Below the pieces are notes generated by a model. The model worked only from the letters and a program-made list of their open reading frames with translations. It was not told the origin of the DNA and made no database searches. Both the position numbers and the translations under genes were made by a program. This document shows positions 39,285 to 53,233 of a stretch of DNA of 64,000 nucleotides, in pieces (position 1 is the first letter of the stretch; every line of letters begins with the position of its first letter). The DNA is from Eledone cirrhosa (taxonomy: Eukaryota), in assembly GCA_964016885.1 (NCBI GenBank), contig OZ024745.1, positions 131,626,001 through 131,690,000 of the forward strand, in the 5' to 3' direction.

Positions 39285-40535
39285 TGGCAGTCTAATATTT
39301 GATTCACTGAGCTAACTTGATCTGGCAGTCTAATATTTGATCCACTGAGCTAACTTGATCTTGCAGTCTAATATTTGATCCACTGACCTAACTTGATCTG
39401 GCAGTCTAATATTTGATCCACTGAGCTAACTTGATCTGGCAGTCTAATATTTGATCCACTGAGCTAACTTGATCTGGCAGTCTAATATTTGATCCACTGA
39501 GCTAACTTGATCTGGCAGTCTAATATTTGATCCACTGAGCTAACTTGATCTTGCAGTCTAATATTTGATCCACTGACCTAACTTGATCTGGCAGTCTAAT
39601 ATTTGATCCACTGACCTAACTTGATCTGGCAGTCTAATATTTGATCCACTGACCTAACTTGATCTGGCAGTCTAATATTTGATCCACTGAGCTAACTTGA
39701 TCTTGCAGTCTAATATTTGATCCACTGAGCTAACTTGATCTGGCAGTCTAATATTTGATCCACTGAGCTAACTTGATCTGGCAGTCTAATATTTGATCCA
39801 CTGAGCTAACTTGATCTTGCAGTCTAATATTTGATCCACTGAGCTAACTTGATCTGGCAGTCTAATATTTGATCCACTGAGCTTACTTGATCTGGCAGTC
39901 TAATATTTGATCCACTGAGCTAACTTGATCTTGCAGTCTAATATTTGATCCACTGACCTAACTTGATCTGGCAGTCTAATATTTGATCCACTGAGCTAAC
40001 TTGATCTGGCAGTCTAATATTTGATCCACTGAGCTAACTTGATCTGGCAGTCTAATATTTGATCCACTGAGCTAACTTGATCTGGCAGTCTAATATTTGA
40101 TCCACTGAGCTAACTTGATCTGGCAGTCTAATATTTGATCCACTGAGCTAACTTGATCTGGCAGTCTAATATTTGATCCACTGAGCTAACTTGATCTTGC
40201 AGTCTAATATTTGATCCACTGAGCTAACTTGATCTGGCAGTCTAATATTTGATCCACTGAGCTAACTTGATCTGGCAGTCTAATATTTGATCCACTGAGC
40301 TAACTTGATCTTGCAGTCTAATATTTGATCCACTGACCTAACTTGATCTGGCAGTCTAATATTTGATCCACTGAGCTAACTTGATCTGGCAGTCTAATAT
40401 TTGATCCACTGAGCTAACTTGATCTGGCAGTCTAATATTTGATCCACTGAGCTAACTTGATCTGGCAGTCTAATATTTGATCCACTGAGCTAACTTGATC
40501 TGGCAGTCTAATATTTGATCCACTGAGCTAACTTG
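39285..40535. repeat. 38-bp minisatellite, about 33 units
   Basis: ggcagtctaatatttgatccactgagctaacttgatct; period from 39286/39324. Confidence 0.95.
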
Positions 40536-41324
40536 TTTTGGCAATTCCTTGGCTGCTATAAATATTTCCTTCTCTCTTACAAATACATCGACAAATAAAT
40601 GCAAAAGAAACATATGCAAGCACATTTATCAGTGTACAACATGACAGACATGTAGACAAATACATGAACCTGACAACATGCCACAGACACATGTAGACAA
40701 ATACATGAACCTGACAACATGCCACAGACGCAAACTCACATATGCAGGCATACATACACACAAAGATACATGTCTGACAGATGTGGCTAGATATACAGAG
40801 TGGGATTTAGAATGGTGGGTTGGGGTACTTCAGGTTAGGGGAGCCTCTCATAAAGAATTAGACTACACAGCACCCCTCCCTCCACCCAATTTTATATATC
40901 AAAGTTTTCAAGAGGATTCGATAAGGGTTGTATATATATATAAGTATATATATAAAACATAGAGCAAATATTTATTATTGGTAGAGATTAAAAGTTTAAG
41001 CAGAATCATCTGAAACTGAGAAAAATCAATTTGTAGACACAGAAATAAATATAAAAAAAAATTACGAATACATATTGCCTTTAGAAAACAAGAAGACACA
41101 ACAGTAATGCGTGAGGTCATTCTCTTGAGATGAGTGAAATGTATGCAAGGAGAATTATGTCATTATGTGGAGAAAGAACCAATTGTTACTATGGAAAAAT
41201 CAGGAGACTAATATTCTTTTTAGAATAGCTGATTAATAGTAGTATATATATTTCTTAAAAGGTGTAAAAATTGTGTTATACAGTACCTGGGAATAGACAG
41301 CAAATATACAGGAGGAGTGACGAA

Positions 41325-41360
41325 ATAATGAACTTACCTAGATGAAAGAAAAGAGAAATA
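41325..41360 (-). promoter_or_regulatory. Candidate recursive splice site (or acceptor of a 51-nt exon)
   Basis: Minus strand tttctcttttctttcatcTAG|GTAAGT, junction at 41338/41337. Confidence 0.45.
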
Positions 41361-41444
41361 ATATTAGATAAATATGATAATTATTAAGTTAATTGCAGAA
41401 AACATTTAATTGAGATTATTCATTCATGGTCACGTGTGTGTGTG

Positions 41445-41742
41445 CAGCATTGGATTTAGACCTTGGGAGGCTGGGACACTTCAGTTTGGGAAGGGGGAGG
41501 GGGCTCTCACAAAAAATTAGAATACACAGCAAACCCCCAATTTTACATATCAAAGTTAGCTTGGCACAAGTAATTGGAATTAAAAAGTTATACATACAGA
41601 TATTAATTAAAAAATTCTAACCATCCTAAAACTAAAAAGCCCAGCTGAGGGCACAAATAAATTGATATGGCCCTTGCTGGTGGGGCCCTCATTGCAGGGG
41701 CCCAGGACAATTGCCCGTTTGTCCCCATTAAATCTGGCCCTG
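41445..41742. mobile_element. Possible hAT-like MITE relic; related segment at about 40797-40910
   Basis: Right end reads cagggccagattta on the minus strand; left cag..ggatttaga is degenerate. Confidence 0.3.
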
Positions 41743-42221
41743 TAGATGTATACTTTCATATATGTGTATGTAACTACAATATTCCATAGACACAGGCTAA
41801 AATATAAGCAGGCATACACACACAGAAAGATGCACGTGTCTGTGAGATATGGCTATATACATTCATATATGTGTACCTAACCACAGCCCCACACAGACAC
41901 TCACATACTCATAAAAGACACATGTACACATGCACACAAACATGCAATCACATACACACTCTTAAGTACACATTACAAATACACTCTTAAAATTCTTCAA
42001 TAATATTTGGTATTTTACAACAGAGATCCAAGTAAACCAACTTCTCTGGTATTATTTGATCTTTCAACAGCCACTAGAATACCTAATTCCATATTGTACA
42101 TGTGTGTATGCTAGTATGCTTGTTTCTCTGTGCATTTATGTGTTTATATATATTTATATATATATCATCATCATCATCCTTATTGATGTTTTAATGTCCG
42201 CTTTCTCTGCTAGCAAGAGTT

Positions 42222-42567
42222 CATCATCATCATCATCATCATCATTTTACGTCCGCTTTTCCCTGCTTGCAAGGGTGGGATGGGAACTGATTCTGGCTTG
42301 ATTTCTACAGCTGGATGCCCTTCCTAACACCAACCTCATTTACAGTGAGTGCTGGGTGCTTTTTTGCCGTGGCACCTCCACGACCACTTTGCGGTGGAAT
42401 GATATGAACCCCAGTCCCTATCATCTCTTTTCTACAGCTGAGTAAACTGGAGCAATGTGAAATAAAGTGTCTTGCTCAAGGAAACAACACATCACCCGGT
42501 CCGAGAATTGAACTCACAACCTTTCGATTGCAAGGCCAATGCTCTAACCACTAAGCCATGTGCCTCC
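42222..42567 (-). mobile_element. Full SINE family B
   Basis: Near-identical to 27585-27920. Confidence 0.9.
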
Positions 42568-42663
42568 ATGTATATATATAAGTTTATCCCTGGTTCAATT
42601 GGGGGTAACCACAGTAAATAAGGTACTCAATACATAGCAGAGTATAAATATTTAATATAGAAA

Positions 42664-42716
42664 TGGCTTCTACAGGACTAGAACCGTTTCATTCGGGAGA
42701 AATCATCAGAAAGCCA
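42664..42716 (-). ncRNA. Type I hammerhead motif (family 1)
   Basis: tggcttt-CTGATGA-tttctcccgaat-GAAA-cgg ttctagtc ctg-TA-gaagcca. Confidence 0.65.
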
Positions 42717-42877
42717 ACTGTCTAAGTAATATTTTTCCTGCCTTTGTTACTCTAAATATAGTTTTTAAAGAATCCCCTTTCTTTAACCCCATCAACCAAT
42801 GACCTCTACCCATCCCAATCACCACCCTCTCCTACCACCAGAAAAGATATAAATACCACCATATTACTTGGACAATC

Positions 42878-42928
42878 GGCTTCCTGATGAGTTCTCCCGA
42901 ATGAAACAGTTCTAGTCCTGTAGAAGCC
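42878..42928 (+). ncRNA. Type I hammerhead motif (family 1)
   Basis: ggcttc-CTGATGA-gttc tccc gaat-GAAA-cag ttctagtc ctg-TA-gaagcc. Confidence 0.8.
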
Positions 42929-43203
42929 ATTTCTATATTAAATATATATATATATATATATATATACATTTAGAAACACACAGATACATGCGGACACACA
43001 CATATATACATGAATGCATCCGCACCCAACTGTGAGTTAAGGGTGCCAACTTCACCGATGTTGCTCAATGAATGACTGGGACAGACCAATTCAGTTTGAA
43101 CCAGACTGAACCAGTATCAGAGTTAAAAATACATTATGAAGAGAGAAGAAACATTTAGATATAATTAGTAATAAAATGTATCATACCTAAACTGTTCCTA
43201 AAT

Positions 43204-43291
43204 TCCTCGACTACGTAGTTTCGTGGCATAAACAAAAACAATATATCAAAGATATAGAGTCCTTGCGAGGTCTGCCGACTTATCAAGAGGA
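43204..43291 (-). ncRNA. Type I hammerhead, U3-A8 core variant
   Basis: tcctc-TTGATAA-gtcggca..tgccac-GAAA-ctacgtag-TC-gagga. Confidence 0.75.
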
Positions 43292-43794
43292 TACCTCATT
43301 TTACCAGTCTCAAGAACGCGTCTACACGACGTGAGAAAGAATCCCAAAAGGCGGAGGGGGAGATAGTCACGCGATATAACGGTCGAGAAACAGAGCTAAG
43401 CCTCTTATAACCACGAAAAAAATACCACGGAGGCGGAGGGGGTATTCATATCGAGGCCGTAGAAGAGGTAGTGAAGAAGGCGAGAAGTATGAGTAATGGA
43501 AGCTTTCCAGTTGTCCCCACACTTCAAAGATTGCTCGACCAGAGGGAGTTATTAATACATTTAGAAACACACAGATACATGCGGACACACACATATATAC
43601 ATGAATGCATCCGCACCCAACTGTGAGTTAAGGGTGCCAACTTCACCGATGTTGCTCAATGAATGACTGGGACAGACCAATTCAGTTTGAACCAGACTGA
43701 ACCAGTATCAGAGTTAAAAATACATTATGAAGAGAGAAGAAACATTTAGATATAATTAGTAATAAAATGTATCATACCTAAACTGTTCCTAAAT

Positions 43795-43882
43795 TCCTCG
43801 ACTACGTAGTTTCGTGGCATAAACAAAAACAATATATCAAAGATATAGAGTCCTTGCGAGGTCTGCCGACTTATCAAGAGGA
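43795..43882 (-). ncRNA. Type I hammerhead, U3-A8 core variant (second copy)
   Basis: Same sequence as 43204-43291. Confidence 0.75.
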
Positions 43883-44033
43883 TACCTCATTTTACCAGTC
43901 TCAAGAACGCGTCTACACGACGTGAGAAAGAATCCCAAAAGGCGGAGGGGGAGATAGTCACGCGATATAACGGTCGAGAAACAGAGCTAAGCCTCTTATA
44001 ACCACGAAAAAAATACCACGGAGGCGGAGGGGA

Positions 44034-44076
<43 letters not shown>

Positions 44077-44346
44077 CAAAGGCTCCAAAATTGTACATCC
44101 TAGAGAAAAACGGTTTTCATTTTCATCTGCGTCCCAATGAGAATGTTTTAGGGTGGTTAGTCATCAAATAATGTAATTGTTATGAGATATAAATCAACTT
44201 CAGCATCACCAATATAGAATATCATTAGAATCCACAACTGTCAGAATACCTCTCTATATATCTATCTATCTGTCTCTCTGTATTTTACACGTTTCCCCTA
44301 TGTATATATCTTTCACACACTCTCTCACTCTCTTTCTATATCTTCC

Positions 44347-44600
44347 ATGGTGGTGGTGGTGCTGGAGGTGATGGTGGTGGTAGTGCTGGAGGTGATGGTG
44401 GTGGTAGTGCTGGAGGTGATGGTGGTGGTAGTGCTGGAGGTGATGGTGGTGGTAGTGCTGGAGGTGATGGTGGTGGTGGTGCTAGAGGTGATGGTGGTGG
44501 TAGTGCTAGAGGTGATGGTGGTGGTGGTGCTAGAGGTGATGGTGGTGGTGGTGCTTGAGGTGATGGTGGTGGTGGTGCTGGAGGTGATGGTGGTGGTGGT
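44347..44600. repeat. 24-bp minisatellite ggaggtgatggtggtggtagtgct
   Basis: Direct. Confidence 0.9.
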
Positions 44601-44739
44601 GATAGTAGTTGTAGTAATAGTAGAAGTAGGAGGAGATTTAAACAAACAGTCATTCCAAATGTAATAGGATTGATCAAATCCAAGCCTGTTTGAAAAATAC
44701 CAACACATATAGTTTGGAAACTCTGCTTCGAGAGATTGA

Positions 44740-44834
44740 GACATATCTGAAGAACTTGCGATTTCAGAGTCAGGTTCGATCATCACATCGATCGCGCCTC
44801 GAGCTGGTCACCAGAGAAACAATTATATTATGTC
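44740..44834 (+). ncRNA. Degenerate hammerhead, homologous to 21979-22065
   Basis: gacatat-CTGAAGA..gagtcagg..gatc..gagctggtca..GAAA-caatta-TA-ttatgtc; AATAAA follows. Confidence 0.35.
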
Positions 44835-44983
44835 TAATAAATTCTAATTCGTCACAACACTGATTCTCCGTTTCTTTTGTGATATGATACTCTGCTCTGT
44901 AAGTGCATTGAGTGCTCAAACGGCCTACCGCTTACGGATGCTTTAAGCATCCCACACCAAATATATATATATATATATATGTA

Positions 44984-45025
<42 letters not shown>

Positions 45026-45422
45026 TACATACATACATATAGAGAGAGAGGGAGGTGCACAAACATATATACATACACACATACATACATACACACACAC
45101 ATACATACATACACATTCAAACAAATTTTATTTTGGCAATAAATTTTAAATGCTTTTATTGCTTGATAACATAGTGTAACTGTAATGTTAGTATTGTGCG
45201 GTGTACCGAATGTGATGGAGCAGCTCCAGCATGTGTGAATTTCTCGCTAAATGCAGAAAGGGAAACTGTGTTTTGACAGTGTTCAGTGAGGGGAAGGGGA
45301 GGTGAACTATCTAGATGGCCCCTGTAGTCATCAGTGATTTAGTATCTTTCAATGTAGTCGTTAATTAAATGACGATAGTATTTCCCTCTCAGAGGTGGAG
45401 GGTGGCGATGTTCGAGTCCTGC

Positions 45423-45888
45423 ATATATATATATATATATACATACATATATATATATATATAGATACATACATATATATATATATATACATAGATATAT
45501 ACATACATATATATATATATATATACATAGATATATATATATATATATAGATATATACATATATATATATATACATACATATATATATATATACATAGAT
45601 ATATATATATACATAGATATATACATACATATATATATATATACATACATATATATATTCATACATATATATATATACATATATATATATATACATACAT
45701 ATATATATATACATATATATACATACATATATATATATATACATACATATATATATACATACATATATATATATACATATATATATATATACATACATAT
45801 ATATATATATACATACATATATATATATATATATACATACATATATATATACATATATATATATATATACATACATATATATACATAG

Positions 45889-45921
<33 letters not shown>

Positions 45922-45931
45922 CACAGATATA

Positions 45932-45967
<36 letters not shown>

Positions 45968-46234
45968 TAGATATATACATACATATATATATATATACAT
46001 ATATATATAAATAGATATATACATACACATATATATATATACATAGATATATGCATACACATATATATATATATACATACATATATATATACATATATAT
46101 ATATACATACATATATATACATATACATACATATATATATACGTATATATATACATACGTATATATATATATATATACATACATATATATATATATACAC
46201 AGATATATCTATACATATATATATACATATATAA

Positions 46235-46279
<45 letters not shown>

Positions 46280-46318
46280 GATATTTATATACATATATAT
46301 ATATACATAGATATATAT

Positions 46319-46363
<45 letters not shown>

Positions 46364-47050
46364 AGAAAATACATATTATTTTCTAAAATAGATAGAAGTT
46401 AAATAGAAATCTATCTGTGTGTGTTTGAGTGGCATATATACACACACATGCATACGTGTACATATATATATATAAACACATGCATACGTGTACATATATA
46501 TATATACACACATGCATACGTGTACATATATATATACACACATGCTTACGTGTACATATATATACACACACATGCATACGTGTACATATATATATAAACA
46601 CATGCATATGTGTACATATATATACACACACATACATATGTGTACATATATATATAAACACATGCATATGTGTACATATATATATATAAACACATGCATA
46701 CATGCACATATATATATACACAAACATGCATACGTGTACATATATATATATACTCAAACATGCATACGTGTACATATATATATACATACACATATACACA
46801 AGCATGCATATGTGTACATATATATATATACACACACATGCATATGTGCACATATATATATACACAAACATGCATACGCACACATATATACACACACATG
46901 CTTATGTGTACATATATATAAATACACACACACATGCATATGTGCACACACATATATATACACATGCAAACACAGACACACACATATATATATATACACA
47001 CATGCATGCTTGTGCAAATGCTCACACACATGCATGCACATATACAAACA
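45423..47050. repeat. Interrupted (TA)n / (TACA)n microsatellite fields
   Basis: Direct. Confidence 0.95.
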
Positions 47051-47157
47051 TGCAGATAACGAAGCTGAGAAGCAATAATGAGAAGTATAATTAAGATGCA
47101 TTCCATTTGAGAGTAGCAGCATTGTCAGTAATTAATTGAAATTTGTGGAAGAGAGAC

Positions 47158-49696
47158 TCACACACCATTGGGTTAGACCAACACACCATTGGGTTAGACC
47201 ACATACCATTGGGTTAGACCAACACACCATTGGGTTAGACCACATACCATTGGGTTAGACCAACATACCATTGGGTTAGACCACATACCATTGGGTTAGA
47301 CCAACACACCATTGGGTTAGATCACATACCATTGGGTTAGACCACATACCATTGGGTTAGACCAACACACCATTGGGTTAGACCACATACCATTGGGTTA
47401 GACCAACATACCATTGGGTTAGACCACATACCATTGGGTTAGACCAACACACCATTGGGTTAGACCAACACACCATTGGGTTAGATCACATAGCATTGGG
47501 CTAGACCAACACACCATTGGGTTAGACCACACACCATTGGGTTAGACCAACACACCATTGGGTTAGACCAACATACCATTGGGTTAGACCACATACCGTT
47601 GGGTTAGACCAACACACCATTGGGTTAGACCACATACCATTGGGTTAGACCAACACACCATTGGGTTAGACCAACACACCATTGGGTTAGACCAACATAC
47701 CATTGGGTTAAACTAACACACCATTGGGTTAGACCAACACACCATTGGGTTAGACCAACATACCATTGGGTTAGACCAACATACCATTGGGTTAGACCAA
47801 CACACCATTGGGTTAGACCAACACACCATTGGGTTAGACCACATACCATTGGGTTAGACCAACACACCATTGGGTTAGACCACATACCATTGGGTTAGAC
47901 CAACACACCATTGGGTTAGACCACATACCATTGGGTTAGACCAACACACCATTGGGTTAGACCACATACCATTGGGTTAGACCAACACACCATTGTTTTA
48001 GACCAACACACCATTGGGTTAGACCACACACCATTGGGTTAGACCAACACACCATTGGGTTAGACCAACACACCATTGGGTTAGACCAACACACCATTGG
48101 GTTAGACCAACATACCATTGGTTAGACCAACACACCATTGGGTTAGACCAACACACCATTGGGTTAGACCACATACCATTGGGTTAGACCAACACACCAT
48201 TGGGTTAGACCAACATACCATTGGGTTAGACCAACACAACATTGGGTTAGACCACACACCATTGGGTTAGACCAACATACCATTGGGTTAGACCAACACA
48301 CCATTGGGTTAGACCAACATACCATTGGGTTAGACCAACACACCATTGGGTTAGACCACATACCATTGGGTTAGACCAACACACCATTGGGTTAGACCAC
48401 ATACCATTGGGTTAGACCAACACACCATTGGGTTAGACCACATACCATTGGGTTAGACCAACACACCATTGTTTTAGACCAACATACCATTGGGTTAGAC
48501 CAACACACCATTGGGTTAGACCACATACCATTGGGTTAGAACAACACACCATTGGGTTAGACCAACACACCATTGGGTTAGACCAACACACCATTGGGTT
48601 AGACCAACACACCATTGGGTTAGACCAACATACCATTGGGTTAGACCAACACACCATTGGGTTAGACCAACACACCATTGGGTTAGACCAACACACCATT
48701 GTGTTAGACCAACACACCATTGGGTTAGACCAACATACCATTGGGTTAGACCAACACACCATTGGGTTAGACCAACACACCATTGGGTTAGACCAACACA
48801 CCATTGGGTTAGACCACATACCATTGGGTTAGACCAACACACCATTGGGTTAGACCAACATACCATTGGGTTAGACCAACACACCATTGGGTTAGACCAA
48901 CACACCATTGGGTTAGACCAACACACCATTGGGTTAGACCAACACACCATTGTGTTAGACCAACACACCATTGGGTTAGACCAACACACCATTGTGTTAG
49001 ACCAACACACCATTGGGTTAGACCAACATACCATTGGGTTAGACCAACACACCATTGGGTTAGACCAACACACCATTGGGTTAGACCAACACACCATTGT
49101 GTTAGACCAACACACCATTGGGTTAGACCAACATACCATTGGGTTAGACCAACACACCATTGGGTTAGACCAACACACCATTGGGTTAGACCAACACACC
49201 ATTGGGTTAGACCACATACCATTGGGTTAGACCAACACACCATTGGGTTAGACCAACATACCATTGGGTTAGACCAACACACCATTGGGTTAGACCAACA
49301 CACCATTGGGTTAGACCAACACACCATTGGGTTAGACCACATACCATTGGGTTAGACCAACACACCATTGGGTTAGACCAACACACCATTGTGTTAGACC
49401 AACACACCATTGGGTTAGACCAACACACCATTGGGTTAGACCACATACCATTGGGTTAGACCAACACACCATTGGGTTAGACCAACACACCATTGGGTTA
49501 GACCAACACACCATTGGGTTAGACCAACACACCATTGTGTTAGACCAACACACCATTGGGTTAGACCAACACACCATTGGGTTAGACCACATACCATTGG
49601 GTTAGACCAACATACCATTGTGTTAGACCAACACACCATTGGGTTAGACCAACACACCATTGTGTTAGACCAACACACCATTGGGTTAGACCACAT
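47158..49696. repeat. 20/21-bp minisatellite cacaccattgggttagaccaa, about 120 units
   Basis: Direct. Confidence 0.95.
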
Positions 49697-49933
49697 AAAA
49701 ATAAACACAAAAAAATTCACCCACCAAAAACAACAAAAAACCCAAAACAGAAAAAAACAAAACAAAAATTTAATACAACTAAAACACAAAAAAACAATAA
49801 CCCCTATCATCATCATCATCATCATCCTCATCCTCATCATCATCATAATCACCACCACCACCCCCGTTTAACGTCGATCTGAGCTCAAATACCAAGTATA
49901 AAAATATAAATGCTTGGGTTGGTTTATTATCGG

Positions 49934-50887
49934 ATATATTGATGTTGTGGACAACAGTTTCATGTTTACAGTGTGGAATGGATGCAACATATATTATATT
50001 ATACGAGAATTGTACAATAATTCAAATTAAGATTAAAATTAAAATTAAAAGCATAGGGTGGAATACATGCGTCAGATAATACAGATAATACAAGAGAATA
50101 GTCTAATAATTAAATTAGAGAGATAGTACATGCGTTAGTCATATATAAAGGAATGGAACAAGCAAATGTAGCATGCGTATATGAGTACTGTATGGCAGGG
50201 TATTACATAAAATACAAGCACTTTAAGCGAATATGTTAGTGTATTATGGGGGATGCAATGCGATGATATTTTCTGTATAGTTCAAATTTGTATGTGTGTA
50301 GAATATGAAAGTTAAAGATTTCACATCCATTACATAAGTTAAGATATATTTGTATTGAATGTTTGTTATAGTAATGGATTGTAACTTAGTGTTATTTAAT
50401 CCATATTTATGGATTAGAGTTGTTTAACTGCGGGAATTTTCAACGGTTTAATATCCGGAAGTGGATATGGAATTAAGGGGAGCTAATGTGTAAGGGGAGG
50501 TAACTAGCTTATTATAATAATTAAATTCCTTGCTCTAATAGACATTATATAGTGCCTCAATTGAATCCCTTATATAATACACTAACATATTCGCTTAAAG
50601 TGCTTGTATTGTATGTTATACCCTGCCATACAGTACTCATATACACATGATACATTTGCTTGTTCCATTCCTTTATATATGACTAACGCATGTACTATCT
50701 CTCTAATTTAATTATTAGACTATTCTCTTGTATTATCTGTATTATCTGACGCATGTATTCCACCCTATGCTTTTAATTTTAATTTTAATCTTAATTTGAA
50801 TTATTGTACAATTCTCGTATAATATAATATATGTTGCATCCATTCCACACTGTAAACATGAAACTGTTGTCCACAACATCAATATAT
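49934..50887. repeat. Inverted repeat with 314-bp arms (49934-50247, 50574-50887) and a 326-nt spacer
   Basis: Arms are reverse-complementary with few mismatches. Confidence 0.9.
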
Positions 50888-51222
50888 ATGTATCTGTATG
50901 ATTCTTCAGTTGAATAGGAGGTTAATTATATGTACAAACATTGATAATGCTCTGAGGACCCCAAGCCTAAGTTTGTCAGCGATTAAATGTTTTAAACATA
51001 ACTGTGATACTTGTGAATTCTATATAACTGCTCTGTAAAACACCTGAGGTTCTTACCTTGAGCTATTTCTTTTACTGGTAATAAGGTAGTAATAAATTAC
51101 TGACCTTCACTGTTTATAGTTGTTTATAGTATAGTGTATATATACATAACTATAAATAGTATCTTTAATATTATATATATATAATATTATTATTCATTTA
51201 AATATATACATATATATATATC

Positions 51223-51554
51223 CTTCCTTCATTTTACGTCCGCTTTTCCCTGCTTGCAAGGGTGGGACGGGAACTGATTCTGGCTTGATTTCTACAGCTG
51301 GATGCCCTTCCTAACACCAACCTCATTTACAGTGAGTGCTGGGTGCTTTTTTGCCGTGGCACCTCCACGACCACTTTGCAGTGGAATGATATGGACCCCA
51401 GTCCCTATCATCTTATTTCTACAGCTGAGTAAACTGGAGCAATGTGAAATAAAGTGTCTTGCTCAAGGAAACAACACATCACCCGGTCTGTGAATTGAAC
51501 TCACAACCTTTCGATTGCAAGGCCAATGCTCTAACCACTAAGCCATGTGCCTCC
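51223..51554 (-). mobile_element. Full SINE family B, followed by a (TA)n field to 52036
   Basis: Near-identical to 42222-42567. Confidence 0.9.
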
Positions 51555-51589
<35 letters not shown>

Positions 51590-51590
51590 C

Positions 51591-51673
<83 letters not shown>

Positions 51674-51688
51674 CATATATATATATAC

Positions 51689-51741
<53 letters not shown>

Positions 51742-51742
51742 C

Positions 51743-51807
<65 letters not shown>

Positions 51808-51812
51808 GATAC

Positions 51813-51851
<39 letters not shown>

Positions 51852-51856
51852 GATAC

Positions 51857-51905
<49 letters not shown>

Positions 51906-51918
51906 CATATATATATAC

Positions 51919-52177
<259 letters not shown>

Positions 52178-52308
52178 CTTGACTCTGTATACCGTTTATC
52201 TTTCACCGAAAGTGATTTTTCATTACATCTCTTCTTTCCATGATATCCGGAATACATTGAGTTCTTCATACGGATTGGACACTACCGTAAACTCTTGGTA
52301 GATTTATC

Positions 52309-52381
<73 letters not shown>

Positions 52382-52410
52382 ATATATATATATATATGTA
52401 TATGTATATA

Positions 52411-52823
52411 CCCAACTGCAGAGGATATGCGATGGCTGGAGAGAAATGAGGCAAGCATGCTCCGTTGGATGTGCAATGTCAATGTGCGTGAACGATCCAG
52501 CATAAATGTGTTGAGAGAGAAACTGTGTCTGAGAGGAATAGAATGTAGTGTACGGGAGAGGAGACTGAGGTGGTATGGACATGTGATGTGCATGGAGGAT
52601 GACCGATGCGTGAAGAAGTGCCAGGAAATGCCAGTTGAAGGAAGACGTGGTAGAGGTAGATCACGAAAAACATGGGCGGAGGTGGTGAGAACAGACCTCA
52701 GATCGCTGAAGCTCACGGTGGAGATGACGAAGGACCGTGATAAGTGGAGAGATGCTGTGCTGAATATGACCTGTCCCACCCTTGCAAGCAGGGAAAAGCG
52801 AACGTAAAATGATGATGATGATG
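52411..52823 (+). mobile_element. RTE LINE 3' fragment, frame open to the stop
   Basis: ERNEASMLRWMCNV...RERRLRWYGHVM...GRGRSRKTW...DRDKWR..* plus (gat)n. Confidence 0.92.
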
Positions 52824-53105
52824 AGATATATATATATACTTTGCTTTTGAATTTGTTTTGCAAGATTTCTTATCTGAAAACATGTGTTGAAACAGATATT
52901 GTTATACTTTGGTAGGGTCATGTTGCCAATAAAAAACACATGCACATGTTGGTTTTCACTCAAATTTATTATAAATTTCTGGTTGGTTAGTTCAATAACC
53001 AGATGGTTGTTTATATATTGTCAAAGTTCTTTCAACACAGATTCTGTAATCTCCTGAGTGACTGATTTCTTATATTGTGCTTCTCTTTTGTTCTGTCCTA
53101 CACAG

Positions 53106-53233
53106 AACACCAAATATTCACACACAATTGAACACAAATACACACCACCTGATAACATATATAACATGCAAACTGTCACCTGTGTTGTGCTCTCATTTTG
53201 TGAAGGTTATCAATTTTTTTATCAATGTACAGG
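53106..53233 (+). pseudogene. Candidate exon resembling the second half of an Ig domain, with one frameshift
   Basis: Acceptor cttctcttttgttctgtcctacacAG, donor cagg|GTAAGT; YTPPDNIYNMQTVTCVV / SHFVKVINFFINVQ in adjacent frames; intron-like 53234-53362. Confidence 0.35.

Larger units (their letters stand above)
42964..44032 (-). mobile_element. Retrozyme/pLTR-like tandem: 478-bp direct repeats (42964-43441, 43555-44032), period 591
   Basis: Apparently identical repeats, each with a hammerhead; (TA)n on both flanks. Confidence 0.7.

Noticed and set aside
29353-40535. Regular 37-62 bp repeats as CRISPR arrays
   Set aside because: No unique spacers, no cas genes, eukaryotic context.
47158-49696. 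Telomeric array (gggttag)
   Set aside because: Only one telomere-like word per 21-bp unit; not (TTAGGG)n.
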